From positions 186,001 through 250,000 of the forward strand of contig RHPI01002656.1 in assembly GCA_009103225.1 (NCBI GenBank): DNA of 64,000 bases, given 5' to 3'. The notes below the pieces were generated by a model. That model did no database searches, was not told where the DNA came from, and saw nothing but the letters and a program-made list of their open reading frames with translations. This document shows positions 1 through 13,648 of the stretch, piece after piece (the stretch's first letter is position 1; every line of letters starts with the position of its first letter). The stretch comes from Chlorokybus atmophyticus (lineage: Eukaryota; Plantae; Mesostigma and Chlorokybus algae). The position numbers were made by a program, and so were the translations under genes.

Positions 1-1499
1 CATATAGTCTCTCATCCTCTATTACCATCAACATGGACCACTACACGCTGCGCTCCAGCCACCATGGCGCCCTCACTGTCATTGCACAACACAGCACAGC
101 ACCCACGCCCGCCTTCTAACCCTGCGCTGCTGCTGCTGCTGGTTGTTGCAATACAAGCCCACTCCTACCCCCCGGCCCTGTGCCAACAGGTCTGCTTTGC
201 GACCTAAAGACTGCTTGCCCTTGCCTGCCCTGCTGCCTCTGCCCCTCCCCTCCACTCATCTCCAGCACGTAGATAGTGCACGTAAGTTAGTTTGTGCCCT
301 TGCCCTTGTAATTGAGCTGCTCTAACCCGTGTGCTTGCTAGTGCATGTGGTTGGCTTGATGTGCGTGCATGTTGTGTCGACATCTGAAAAGCCTATGCAT
401 GTGTGATTCAAGTCAGTCGGTCATGCGCTTGCTACTTGCCACTACTGCCTATCGCCCCGTCCCACTTGCACATAGGGCATATAGTATATAAAGGGTATGG
501 TACGGTGGCAGTGTTGTGGGCCCTTGTTGTGATTAATTAGGTCGTCGATTGCCTACTAGCCTGCCTTGTGCTTGTTTTTTGTGAATCGCTGATGTGTGAC
601 TGTGCGTTGTGATTGTCCTCACCTCGTATATTACGCAAGTGGTCGCTTTTAGTGCTGCCATCATGCCAGACTATTATCATGCTCAAGTGGCCACAACAAA
701 TACAACCTTAAACCCGTCATGCTAAGCGAGCGCCGAGTCTGCCTCAGTAGTCGGAGGACCTCAAGTTGCAGGACCCCATCCCAGCACCGCTGTCGCTCGT
801 CGCTCCAAGATCACCATATTGACATAGCCGTCATCAGCACGTCTATGCAAATGCGTCATAAACTATGCAGAAGTTTGCATCAAGACGTTGCAGGCTGGCA
901 AGTTACTCGCAAAATGCCAATTCTGATGTGACAGTTAGCAAGTATAAGTCCATTAGCAAACAATTGATAACTCTGTCAAGTAGCGTCATAGTCAGCTAAT
1001 TGCCATGTAGGCAATTGCTGACTGATCATAGTCTAGCAAGACCGCACCAAACCGAATTGCGCGTCTGCGCCATGATGCCCAACCTCATGGTGCAGACTTG
1101 CGAATTGTTTTCAACCTCCTCCAGCAATCCCAATCTTACAGTGCAAAGATTCACACCATGCTCTGACTGTGCATTACCAACCCGACTCTATACCATATGC
1201 TCATATCATTCTCAAGCCAGTTTGTATTTGCCGTGCTATGCTACGCTGCAGTATATTAGCAGCTGACTATGCAGCGCCTCGCATCCAGCGCATGGTGTCA
1301 TTCCAATGAACTTGCCAGGTTTTGACTAGCTGCGCGCTGAGTCTTCGCAGATTGGAACAAAGCCACAAGGACAGCAATGGACACGATACACTCAAGAAGT
1401 ACAACAATACTCAATCTACTCACCATATCATAACCAAGTACCTGGCTGGAACAAAACTTACACACATCAGGCCAATGCCAACATACCATTATCTCTGCT

Positions 1500-2969
1500 T
1501 TACGACAGTGCCTTGATAATGTTGTCGGCACCGCTGGTGGTGAAGCCACCGCCTTCTTCCAGGTTGAGCTGCTTGATCACGCCATCGTCAACGAGCATGG
1601 AGTAGCGCCGCGACCTGATGCCCAAGCCTGTGACACGATCAACACTTTAACACCAACAGTCTTGCACAAACATCCCACTACACCATTGCATGTGTGACAA
1701 GCAGCTGTTGGTGCTTGTTTGTCTGAAGAGCTGCTGCATTGCATTGAAATACCCTTGTCAGAAAGGTCCAGCTCAACACCAAGCGCCTGAGCAAACTTGC
1801 CACTGCCGTCGGCAAGAAGCATCACCTGCAGCACAAATCGCATCAGAGGCCTTGCCGCAAGAGCAAGTGCTTACATTTATGCAAGGTGTTGCAATGTTTC
1901 AATACCTTGCCAGCAGCGCCGACACTCTTGCCCCACGCCTGCATGACAAAGGGGTCATTCACGCTCACGCAGGCGATGGTGCTAACACCTGTGTGCAGAC
2001 CAAGATCAGTGATGAGATACGCTCGCAACACTACATGACAGGGCGACGACCATAGACACCTTTGCCCTTAAGCTCGTCGGCCTTCTCAATGAAGCCCGGC
2101 AGGTGCTTCAGGCTGTGCCAAGTCAAGTGTGAGTCAATTAGTTATACCAAATTCTTGCCACTATGCCAGAGTACAACTCGTACACCACGCACCTGCAAGT
2201 GGGAGTGAACCTGGAAGGTCACAGAACAAGCAGCAGCACACACGCACAAGTGTTAGTTAATCAGTAGTCCAGTGCACCAGTCGCGAAAGCAGTTGTACAT
2301 GCACTGTTGAAACACTTACGCGCCAGGCACAGCAAAAAGGACGACCTGCACAACAAGTGTTTGACAGTTAGCAGCTACTCTACACAAGTATGCTAATGTC
2401 GAGTGTCTCGTCCAACACAATGTTGCTAGACTCACCTTCTTGCCCTTGGTCAGCTCGGATGCACTGACCTCCTTCAGGTCACCATCCTCATCAAAGTAAG
2501 CAAACTTGGCATCGGGCAGCTGAAAAGCAGCGAAAGGCATCAGCATTCATCCATGCCCCAACAACAGCTTGCGTTATGTATTGTTTTTGACACTTGCAAA
2601 CCAACACCCCCAATGCCATACACAGCACAATCAGTGCACTTCAACGCCATACCAGGAAGTACGTACCTTGTCACCGACAGCAATGGTCTTTGTCTTGGAG
2701 GCCTCAGTGGTGGCGCAGCGAACTACGCCAGCAGCCTGGCGATGGGCGAGGGGGGCGGCACCGCCATGTGTGGAGAGCAGGGTTGAGCCCAGGATGGACT
2801 TGCGCTGGTGCACATTCCACTTGGCCACAAACTTGCTGGTGCTTGGGACAGCAGGGGAGCTCTGCTGCTTGCGGGAAGAGGAGGAGGCTATGCTGCTGGA
2901 GGCGCGCACGGTGCCGGCGGCGCTGCTGCCGGACACGCCGGTGAAGGTCGCCAGCATGTTGTTGGCCAT
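1500..2969 (-). CDS. PRXIIE: Type II peroxiredoxin with N-terminal plastid-like transit peptide (PrxIIE-like), 8 exons
   Basis: Spliced translation: MANNMLATF...(Ser/Ala-rich leader)...TIAVGDK|[28 protein letters not shown]|VVLFAVPGA|FTPTCS|[17 protein letters not shown]|[28 protein letters not shown]|[24 protein letters not shown]|[42 protein letters not shown]. Stop TAA at 1500-1502. Start could also be the ATG at 3017. Confidence 0.93.
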
Positions 2970-3956
2970 AACGCGGGGGTGCGCGAACAGCAGGCGGTTA
3001 CGGACGAGTGCCTGCATCAAGCGGAGAGAGACACACACTGCATAAGAGAGAGACAGAGGTTGCCATCAGCAACAGCGGTAGCAGCTGTCTACCTTAGTTT
3101 AGCTGGCTAGCACATTGACGCCCAAGACATATGCATACAACACACGTCTGCGCCTAGCGCACCGCATTCAACTAGGATGCAAGCACGCATTTGCACAGCT
3201 GCCTCTCATGCATGCAAGCACAGGCTGCAAGCACATAAGCATGCAAGACACAATGCTGGGCAGCAGCACGCAGCAAACAACGCAGGCGCTGTACACGTGC
3301 CAGGAGCTGTCGTGCAACAAACCAACCTCTGTCAGCAGGGGGAGACTGGACAAGCAATCAAAGTACGGCGGCGACGTCAACCACACCAACAACCACCTGC
3401 GCAATGCGGATGCTTGCAAAGCACAGAATGCCAGTGTCTCTCTGCCATCGATGCCCTGCTGCGCAATCTGCCCGTTCAATGCAGCGCGCGTCACGCTTAG
3501 GGTTTGTAAAGGAAGCTTCTGTTTTGTAGGAAGGTCCTTCCTTCCGGGAAGGACCTTCCCTAAAAGAATGCCCGGCCGCGGGGATCTCGCGCTGTACCGC
3601 ACCGCGCGCCCACCGATCTGATTGCCTTTCTGCTCGGTCAGGAGCAAACGGAGTCAATCAACCTCAAAATACAGACGACGGTGCAAAAGTCGCACGCTAC
3701 GATTGAGCGTAGCATCACGCGTCCGGGCATCGCAAAGTCCTGTCAACTATGATACAGAGGCAGAGGCAGTGGACGCTAACCGAGTTGCATGGTTGGCTTT
3801 GTGCACTGCCACGCAGGCAGTTACACAAGCAGTGCTGCGCAGACAAACACCCAGTGTGTATTCGTTGTGTTGAAGCTTGGGGTCTACATTGCTTTTGCGG
3901 GTGGTAGAGCCTGTGCCTTTGTCGTGTTCGATTGTGTTGAAGTGCATCCAGCCGCC

Positions 3957-5214
3957 ATGACGATCTCTGTGGGTGACAAGGTGAGTACTGCTCGTGTTTT
4001 TGGGGGAGGTTCTTGCATGCTGCATGTGTGTGTGGCTGTGTATGGCAGGCTGATCTTGCGCTGTCTTATGCACATGGCAACATACAAGTCGCATGCATGT
4101 ACTATGCGCCTTGAAAGCTTTTGGTCCAAGTGCTGCAAGCAATAGATGTATTGCTTGCCACTGTTGGAGGCACCCAATGTCAACAGTTTGCTAGTCTCCT
4201 CACGCTCGGACCACCTGGCTGATTGTTTGGCATGCCCGACAGCTGCCTACGGCCACCTTCTCGTATATTCCTGAGGGCATGAAAGTTGAGACCATCACCA
4301 CAGAGGACGTGTTCAAGGGCAAGAAGGCAAGTCAACACGTCTGTGTTGTATGAACTCGACACTCTGCGACATGTAGAGCTGTGTAAACTGTAGAGCTGTG
4401 TAAACTCGTTACTCTGCGACATGTAGAGCTGCGGAACACTTCTTCGACAAGGACACAAGCGTGTGATTAAAGACATGTGTCTCGTGGCAGGTTGTCCTGC
4501 TGGGCGTGCCTGGCGCTTTCACCCCTGTTTGCAGCACAAAGCACCTGCCAGGCTTCATTGACAACCTCGACAGCCTCAAGGCCAAGGGTAAATGCAACGC
4601 TAGAGCTGTCAAGTATTTGTTTGCATAATTCACCCTACAACCACTGACCTGCACCCACATTCAGGTGTTGACACCGTCGCGTGTATGGGCGTTAACGATG
4701 CTTATGTGATGAAAGCATGGGGTGACAGCCTTGGCGCAACCGGCAAGGTACGGACTCATCTATCACAGCAAACACAGCCGCTATCGCCAACAGGCACAGC
4801 ACTACCCCTTAGCTGAACAAACATGCTTCTAACTGCTTTGCACGGACATGGAAAGGCTTACTTGGAGTTGGAGTTGGTTGGTGTGATACAAATGTTGTCT
4901 CATCTTCAGGTTCTGCTGCTTGGCGATGGCAGCGCCAACTTCACCAAGCAGATTGGAGTCGATCTCGACCTGAGCGAGAAAGGTGTGTGTGCCGGCAGTC
5001 TCACATATTCATTGTGTTGAACATTGATCGCGCGAAACACGCACACATACACACATGCACCTGCTGATGATGATGTATTCTGTTCACAGGTATGGGCACC
5101 AGGAGCAAGCGCTTCTCCATGCTGGTGGACGACATGGAGGTGAAGATCCTCAACTTGGAGAAGGGCGGCGATTTTGAGGTCAGCAGTGCGGATGACATCC
5201 TCAAGGCCTTGTAA
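3957..5214 (+). CDS. Type II peroxiredoxin without transit peptide (cytosolic PrxII-like), 6 exons
   Basis: MTISVGDK|LPTATFSYIPEGMKVETITTEDVFKGKK|VVLLGVPGAFTPVCSTKHLPGFIDNLDSLKAK|GVDTVACMGVNDAYVMKAWGDSLGATGK|VLLLGDGSANFTKQIGVDLDLSEK|GMGTRSKRFSMLVDDMEVKILNLEKGGDFEVSSADDILKAL*. Intron 4327-4490 has a GC donor (gcaagt). Confidence 0.95.
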
Positions 5215-6103
5215 ATTAGATTGTCAGATACATGTACCCCAGCGTTATCAGTCTTAGGGTTAGCTGTTATTGACAACTTGTAACAACACTATGATTGAAA
5301 TCAGTGACATGGTGCATCAGCTTGGCTTGGTCTAGCTGTATTGCTCTTGTTCCGCGTGCAACAACGTATGTCTGCAACAGAGTTTGTGAAGATTGTCGTA
5401 GCCTGACAGATCTTGTGTACCCATAGCTACAGCATGTAATTCAACACGACACGGCAATGACAAGTGGTTATCATTATGGAGCAAACATGCAGAGCAAGGA
5501 ATGCGTGTGCAAACGCTACAAACAAGAATGTACAAGTGGTGAATACCCCTGTACAATAACCGCCCTGATTGGCTGTACATGCAGTTGAGTGTTGCCAGAG
5601 ATGTAATAGTGCTGCATGCATACTGACAGTCTTTGATAAACTGTCTGCTGTTATTGAAGCTGACTAAGGTAAAGGTTACAAGCAAGCTGGAGTTTGTCTG
5701 CACCACAGTGCAATTGAGCCTCCCGCCTACTGTGCGTGTGTGTGTACATACCTGATATAGTCATTTACCAACCTATGACGCACATAAATGCTGCATAGCA
5801 AGGTCAAGGCTATCTGGATTTGCAGTCATTACAACATAAATAGAGTGATAATGGCAGAGGTTACACCGACTTATGTAGATAACAACCTCCTGACTCGCTC
5901 ATTGATCAGCAAATCACAAGTTCACACAGTTGCGAAACAGCCAATACTTCAATCAGCCACACTGCTCGTAACAACTGTTCACACACCCATCAAACAGCTT
6001 CTGAAGTGATACACAAATATGCGAGTGTCCAACCTCTGCACAACTTGTACCGCTACACAACAGTTCTGCATTGATGGTGTACAGCGGAGTCATTCAAAGT
6101 TCA

Positions 6104-9100
6104 TCACCTTCGCTTGTACCTGCGCACAGAGCACGCGCACCACTCAATCAGTCAAACCAATCATCACCTCAAGCAACACCCGCCAACAACCACCTCACAA
6201 TCAACAAGCAATGCTACAACACTTGTGCTGCAATACTACCGCCAGACAATGCAAGCAGACTGTGACCACATCAGCACACAAGCTCGGATACTTGCCACTG
6301 CTTGGCAAAGAATATGTGCAACATCACACCACAAGGCACACTCAATACACCAACCCACACGTACTTGGCTTTGCTCTTGAAGGACCTTTTCGAGGGCGCC
6401 CCTGGCTTGACCCTCTTGACTGGTTTCTTAGGCGCGTATGTTGATGCCACCGTTGTAGGCAGGTCTGTGCCTCCAGACCCGCGTGACGTGGCGAGGGTCG
6501 GCAGCGATGCATTATCCTCCGCATGAGGCTGATCGGCTGCGAGGGCTTCACCATTGGTGGCAGGTGCTGTTGCTGCTTCACGCTTGCGCTTGAGTTTCTT
6601 CTTCTTGTCTTGGCCTTTCTGCTCCTTTGCCTGCACGCGTCACCATGCCACATGTGTCACACAGTGCACATCCCAGCTTTGTGTGCTACGAGCAGAAAAT
6701 CTTGAGCCAACTCTCACACATGCACAGTGACACCCCATGATACCATCCCTACATCTGTCAATGTTGAGGCTACAGTAGTTATGCTATATGTTACATGTGC
6801 GTGCGTGTCTACACTGTGCGTGTGTACACGCTGCTTGTGTATAATACGCACAAGTTCCTTACCGGATCAGGCCCAACGGCGAGTCCAACACGCTGCTTGC
6901 GCTCCCGTCCTTTTACTGCCCTCACTTTGCCAAGCACATTGTTGCGTGCCCTGTTGCCATTCGCCAGCCCTTCCTCATCCTCGGAGGCACCGGCTTCATC
7001 CTGCTCTGCCTCCAGAGCCTCCTTCCTTCGCCGCTGCTTTCTTGTCATCTAACACACAAGCAACTTGAGCAGCTAATGGTAACGGTTGACAAGTTAAAAG
7101 TTCGCGCTCGCCAACACAAGTTGTATGACATAATCATGTGCATGAAGCTTCGCAGCGGCATAGCATCGCCATCAAGCCATCAAGCTTACGTGTTTGTCCT
7201 TCTCTCGCTGTCTCTTTTTGTTTGCCTTTGCCTTTGCTGCATCTGCATCGCTGCGGTTCACACCATTGCTCGTCTTGGGCACAACAGACTCCTGCTCAGC
7301 ACACACCCATCAAGTACACAACCGCACACATCCGCACACACGCACACACACAACTAACAAACAAGCAACTGATTAACTTCAACTTGAATCACCTTGGCTG
7401 CTTTCAAGAGCTCATCCTTCTGCTTCTTGGTTTGGAACCAGCTCTTCGCAGGCCTCGCATAGATCTCTTCTTCATGCTCAATCAGATTGGCGGCCTTGTT
7501 GGCTTCCATCTCCGCGACGCGCATATCCTGTGTGCCACAGTTTCAGAGCGATGTGCATAAACACACAACGCCCCCACACCCAACATAAGCAGGATTTTTG
7601 CATCCACGCAAGCACCTTCTCTTCTCGCTCCTGTCTCAGAACGCCGTCGATATCCCTCGCCATGTTCTCTATCTTTCCTCGCCACACGTTGACCGCTTGC
7701 AGCGGGACCACTCTGCTCTGCAGCTGCCTTCCCGCCCGCTTCATCTGCAATGCGCCATATATACTATGTTATAATTACTGTCATGCTAACAGTCCTGTGT
7801 GAATAGAGCATACTGTGCATGTGTACCATACCATACCCACAAGCAGTATAACTACAAGAAGACACACTACAGTAGTAGGTTTGTCAATTGTTAGACACAG
7901 GCCTGGGAGGTCTGCCATGCTCTCACCATCTGTTTCAACAGTGGTCGGTCTTCTTCCTGGATGAAAGTCACAGCGCAGCCGTCATTGCCCGCGCGCGCTG
8001 TGCGACCAACACGATGAATGTAACTGCACATGATAGCGCACTCAATCAGCACATAAGATAGGTACGCGGCCACATGAACATGAACACGGCGTGCAGCCCG
8101 GATGCACCACAACAGCAACAGGTTCGCGATCATCTTAGCAGAAAGGCTGTGCAATGCTATTGTTGCACGCAAATAAACAAACCGGTATGAACAACAAGCA
8201 ATCAGCCTTGCAGCAGTGAGGTGTCCATTACTTGCCGCAGAGAGCAGCGACTTAGCTTACTGCGTGAGCGTGCGAGGCGCGTCAAAGTTGAGGACGCTGC
8301 GCACGCCGAGGATGTCCAATCCGCGTGCCGCCACATCCGTGGCGATCAGAAAGTCTGTCTCGCCCCTTCGGAACGCTTCCAAGGCCTCCAACCTCATCGC
8401 CTACATGCGCACTTGGCTCAATGACTGACACATGGGCATTGCACAGCACAATGCTAGTTACTAATGCAACTGTAGGTTGCTTTAAACCAACCTGCGTCAT
8501 GTTCCCGTGCAGCTCGCCCGCTCGCAATCCGGCCAACCCAAAAACAATCCTCAACCGATGCGCAACCTGCTTTGTAAGCCTGCAGACGCAAGCATAAACC
8601 AAAAAGCCATTCACACCCATGCGCCGTGAGCACCAGCGTCTGCGCGTGCGCGTGTGTGTGCGCATGTGTGGGCGTGTGCTTACGTGAACACGATGGTGTG
8701 GCTCTTGAAGGTCCTGGTGCATAGCGCCAGCAGCATGGCTTCCCTGTCAGTAGCACGGTCCGCCCGCACGCGCACGACCTCCTCCGACAGCGTCCTCGGC
8801 CGCACCGTCGCGGCATCCGCCGACAGCCGCACCGGGTTGCTCAGCGACAGCTGCACCAGCGCGTCCACCTCGTCCGTCAGCGTCGCGCTGAAGAGCATCG
8901 TCTGCCGCCGCTTTGGACACATGCGCACCTGTGCGGGTGTCACATTGTCTGATGGCTTGTTTATTACTGGGCTTTGTAACTTGTGGCGGAGTATGTGTAC
9001 ACGATGAGCGACACAACGACAACGACAACAATAACAATAGCAACAACAGCGACCACGGCAAGCGCATCGGCAAGGGCAACAGCAACGGCAACAGCAACAG

Positions 9101-11787
9101 CACCGACACCAACACCACCAACAACAACAACAACAAGAAGGTGTGCTTACCACTTCCTTGATCTCTTCTCGGAAGCCCATTTCCAGCAGCCGGTCTGCTT
9201 CGTCCAGTATTAAGATAGCGAGGTCCTCCAGGCCGACGGACGCGGTGTTGTGCAGGTGGTCTATCATGCGCCCTGGCGTGGCCACCACGATGTCCGGCTG
9301 AGTGCGCAGAGCAGCCTCTTGCGCCTGCATGCAACCACTAAAGAATGTAGTGGCCTGGCCTGGCCAAGGCCTCGACTCACAACACGATTCACACGCACAC
9401 GAAAAACCATGATCAACAGGGGGAGTGACCCACCTCCTCACCTTGACGGAGAGGCCCCCCACAATCAAACAAGCACGAACATCTGTAAACTGCGCCAGCT
9501 TCTGTATCATCCCATGCACCTGAGAAGTAACATGTTCAGTGGTTGGCGTGTAAGGTGTGTGACTTGGAATTTTGTGTTGAATCCAAGAGCTGTATGTGAT
9601 GTAAAGGAAGTACAACAGCTGCTGCACCTGCACGGCGAGCTCACGAGTGGGCGTAAGCACGACGGCCCGCACGGCCGGCACGCGTTTGGGTCGGTAGAGG
9701 AGGCGCTCGAGCATGGGCAGTGCAAAGGCGGCGGTCTTGCCCCCTCCCGTGATGGCGCTCCCGCACACGTCGCGGCCCGACAGCGCAAGCGGGATGCAGG
9801 CAGCCTGGATGGGCGTTGGAATGCCGTAACCTAAGAAGCAAACAACAAGTGCACGTTCGAGTCTGCCACACACACAATATACGTATACGATGTGGACACG
9901 TGCAAATAAGCCAAGATGTTTAAACCTTGCATGCCCTCATGCAGGTGCAATGTAGACACTTCAAGATGGATACACAACTATCTACCCGAGTGCTGCGCAA
10001 GCACTGGCATGTGATATGTTGCTCTGAAAATTGCCATTTGCCAACAGATCCACTCTCTGACCACTTGTACTTACCAAGCGCAGTGCATGCTTTCAGCAGC
10101 GGGCGAGACAAGTGAAGCTCATTGAATGACTTTGCTGAGAACTGAACACCGTCCGGAGTGGAGAAGAAGGCTGCCGGCTTGCTGTTGGCCTTTCCCTTAA
10201 CCTTTGTTGCTGGCTTACCGTTTGCCTGACAGAGGGGAGAACAACAAATTGTGTGAGTATTGATCAATGACTGTGCTGTCTACTGGCACTCGCGGACACG
10301 ACTAAAGTGTCTGCTGTGTGACAATGACGATAGACACTACTACATAGCTGAGTGAAGCTATGGTTGTGTAACTAAAACAGCTTGTAACAGACCCCAACGC
10401 ACCAATGGACGTGTGCCGAAGTTCTCTTCTTCATCATCAGACAAGGGGCGCGTGCTGGCACCCAAACTCCTCTCAGCTCTTTCTTCAAGCTCGCTTGCGC
10501 TGCTCTCCTCCTCATCGGCTGCATCGTCGTCATCATCTTGCATGCAGTTGCCGGCGTTGGCTGCAGCTGCAGCCTCTGGCAAACAGAAGGGCCCAAAGAG
10601 TGAGAGTCGTGGCTACACGTCGAACCGCAACAGGCAGTCCCGATATGACACAGACTGTGGATGATACCTGCTCTGGCGATGTTCACATCGTCAACATCAG
10701 AAGCATCTTCCACCTCACCGTTCGTGTCCAGTTCAGAAGCGTCATCGCTCTCATCACCGTAGATGACTTGCTGTTCTTTTTCAACAGGCCTGCTTGTACT
10801 TTTGTGCTTGCTCTGGGCATAGCAATAAGGCGTGAGGATCCTACTACTGCACCAGACACTAGAAGACGAGACTGTGAGCGCGAAGTGAGCAACGTGCCGT
10901 TCTACACATGCACACTGTAAAGAAGCTTGTTGGTACAATGCTGAACCCTTGCTCACATTGGTGAGAGTGAGGAAACTGAGACACAATTTTCAAATACCAG
11001 CTGCGTATCCCAATGCCGCACGTCGCAAGTGCAATAATTGTATGTAAAGGACAAAAACACACGACCAACTGCATACCAGTCGTGTGCGCTGAGCCTTTAT
11101 TTTCGCATCCAGCGTCGTGGTCTTCTGCTCCTTGTGCTCCTGCTCCAGCAACCCCTTCGCCTCCGCAAACTCCCATGGCACCTGGAAGCATGTTGGTGAG
11201 ATATATGAACAGCAACCTGCTGGCTCCATGACCTGGAGAAGCGTGGTGACACAAACACTTGTACAAAGAGCCAGATACACAGAGACAACTCCCAAGTGAT
11301 GGTGCATGAGTGATAAGCTGTCAATTTCAGTGTGGTTGCTGGCACGGTCTCATAGTCGACACAAAGGCTTTGAGGCATTCCACTACAATAATTTGGTATT
11401 AAGGTAACGACAAGAATCCACAAGTGCCTAGTCGTGGTTTACCATGGCTAGCCGGCAAATGTGTAAGCAGGATACCTGTTGATATTCACACAATTGCCGG
11501 CTAGCCGTGACAAACATAGTGCGCTTGTCTACAACTCTGAGTGGTGCTGGCTCGTGTTTGACAAGTTACAGACAACACAAGCACGTAGTGCACTACGTGC
11601 TTGTGTTAATTGAAATACTGCATACTCAGTTTGCTAGTTGTTTTGTATCATTGAGCGCTAACACATTGAGTAGTGCGGCGTCACTTTGTAGCCGCCAGTG
11701 GCAACCAATGCCCATTACAACGTCCCCTACCTGTGGCCCCGAGGAGCCGAGCTCGTCCCCTGCGTCGAAGCTGAACTCAGGGTTCAT
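6104..11787 (-). CDS. DDX27: DEAD-box RNA helicase, DDX27/DRS1 (plant RH28-like), multi-exon
   Basis: N-terminus [19 protein letters not shown]|VPWEFAEAK...TTTLDAKI. Motifs: PTPIQ (Q), [10 protein letters not shown] (I), PTRELAVQ (Ia), VATPGR, DEAD (II), SAT (III), [12 protein letters not shown] (VI). Family-typical C-terminus FKSKAK|YKRR* (last exon 6104-6119). Confidence 0.93.
9010..9138. repeat. Degenerate (CAA/CAG)n microsatellite in a DDX27 intron
   Basis: acaacgacaacgacaacaataacaatagcaacaacagc...accaacaacaacaacaacaag, flanked by helicase exons. Confidence 0.8.
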
Positions 11788-13140
11788 GGCATACCACCGT
11801 CAAACCGCCGCAACCTGCTCTCACCACCACCGCCGCCGCCGCCGCCGCCGCCGCCGCTTCAAAGCGACTCACTGCATTCACTGAAACTGCGTGCACTCAT
11901 TCGCGAGTTCAGTGCTGTCAACTCGCTTTTGTGATCGCAGTGATCCAGTGGCTTCTGAATCAGCGGCGGCGGTGTCCTGGAGGGTGGCCGTGCTGTTGTG
12001 GGGCAGCTGGGTGTATGCTTGGTGATGTTGGGTCGTTGCATTGCGCATCGTCATCGTCGTCGGCGCTGCCATCGGAGCTTGACATTTCCTTACCCAAGTG
12101 GGCCGCCAGCCTGCCAGGTCTCAAATGGGAGGAGGGTGCATGCAGCACTAGAGCATGCTGTCCAGGCTAGGTCTAGGCCTAGTGGAACAGAAGAGATAGG
12201 TTGTGGGGGCAGGGGGAAGGTTTTCGTGGTTTCGTGGTTTCGTGGTTTTTCCTTTTACACCACCTCTCCACTTAACATAGTATGCGGCTGCATTGAGTGC
12301 ATGAAACTGCACATCCAACACGCTGATATGTTTGGTGCAGTGCCATTCTTGTATGCAGAGAGGCTCAGCTAGAGTACTGTGTGCACTGTCATGTACTGGC
12401 ATACAGGCACCGACCATGCGCGAATGCATGAGACATGCACATGCATGATCATGCCGCAACCACTGCACCGTGAAGTCCGTACGCTTTGACGCAGCAACAC
12501 GTAGAACTTAGCACTAACAACATGCACACGCAATCGTGTCTACACTCAGCAGGTTGCATGTGCGCTGCAAGCGGTACTGCTGACAGTGCCAAGCGCCATA
12601 CGCGTGTGGTCAGCAGAACATGCACCCTGACTGCCATAGCAGCTGCATGCTTAGTTGTGAGCTCAGCGATGCTGATGAAAGCGTTCTCAATAACACAACA
12701 TGCACGCACACGACGGCTGTTGGCAAGCAGCTTGCTAACTTCCATCATTACAGCAGCACGCTACGTGCCGCCAATCACAAACCCACACTGTTAATGTCCG
12801 CGCAGGGATGAGTCAGCTTGGAATGCTACCTTGTTTTTGATGCTTTTAATTGGCTTGGTTGTTGGGATGCATTGCAGGCATAACACACATGCACTTGGGC
12901 CAATTAGACACAACAATCTTGTGAATGGCCACAACCAATTACGGCGTGTGTGTTGGCTTGAAGAGCATGCAAGCCCAAATTTGTTGTTGACTGCCAAACG
13001 CTCTTTGACGATGTAATGTTTGGACTTGACGCTTGCCGGAGAGTTTTAAAGTTGCACAAGTGTACACACCGATTGACGTCAAAGGACCATGAATGGTCCG
13101 TACCCTCGGACCGGGATTTTCCCCTGCTAAGTGAACTCCA

Positions 13141-13191
13141 TGGACCATGTCTGGTCGGACTGTCAATGACAGTCCGACCAAACATGGTCCA
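13141..13191. repeat. 24-bp-stem inverted repeat (one mismatch, 3-nt loop)
   Basis: tggaccatgtctggtcggactgtc-aat-gacagtccgaccaaacatggtcca. Confidence 0.9.
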
Positions 13192-13648
13192 AACCTCACG
13201 TGAACGGTACCAAGTTTTCCATGGGTCGCATCATGTTTAAGCCGGCCGGTTTCCGGTCACGTCAGGACCAGGTACGAGCCAGCCAGCGGACCAGGGACTT
13301 AATCATGTCTGAAAATGTACTTAACAGTTACTAGTGCGTCATCCTGTGGCACAATCATGGGCGACAAGACATAAATTTTGCCACGCATAATGTACGCATT
13401 TGTAGTCAATTGTTGCGCATTCTTGGGTTATCATATGTGAAATTATTATCATATGCAAGGATACAATATGCGATAAGAGGATCATTACTATCAAGGCTGT
13501 TAATGGATATATTTGGCTGCTTTAAATGTTTCACATGTCATTTCAACAATACAGAATTATACTTGATGTCAGCATGAATACATCATGTATCACAAATGTG
13601 CATTGAGATAGATACATATTTACAGCGTTACCTATACACGAATCCACC

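Noticed and set aside
1-1400. Coding or RNA gene at the window start
   Set aside because: Short ORFs without motifs; no tRNA or rRNA structure recognised here or elsewhere in the window.
9735-9760. DDX27 Walker A reads TGGGKT instead of TGSGKT/TGTGKT
   Set aside because: The GxGKT core is intact and the variable position is tolerated, so it is not evidence of altered function.
11018-11032. cgtcgcaa match inside DDX27
   Set aside because: An isolated 8-mer in an intron with none of the downstream left-end sequence; chance match.
11930-12800. Possible gene divergent from DDX27
   Set aside because: Only short low-complexity ORFs with no consistent exon chain or domain.
13070-13330. Left end matching the orphan right end at 30960
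   Set aside because: cgtcaaagg does not match the CGTCGCAA terminus or the conserved 60-bp left end, and its flank (GA) differs from the TA after 30960.
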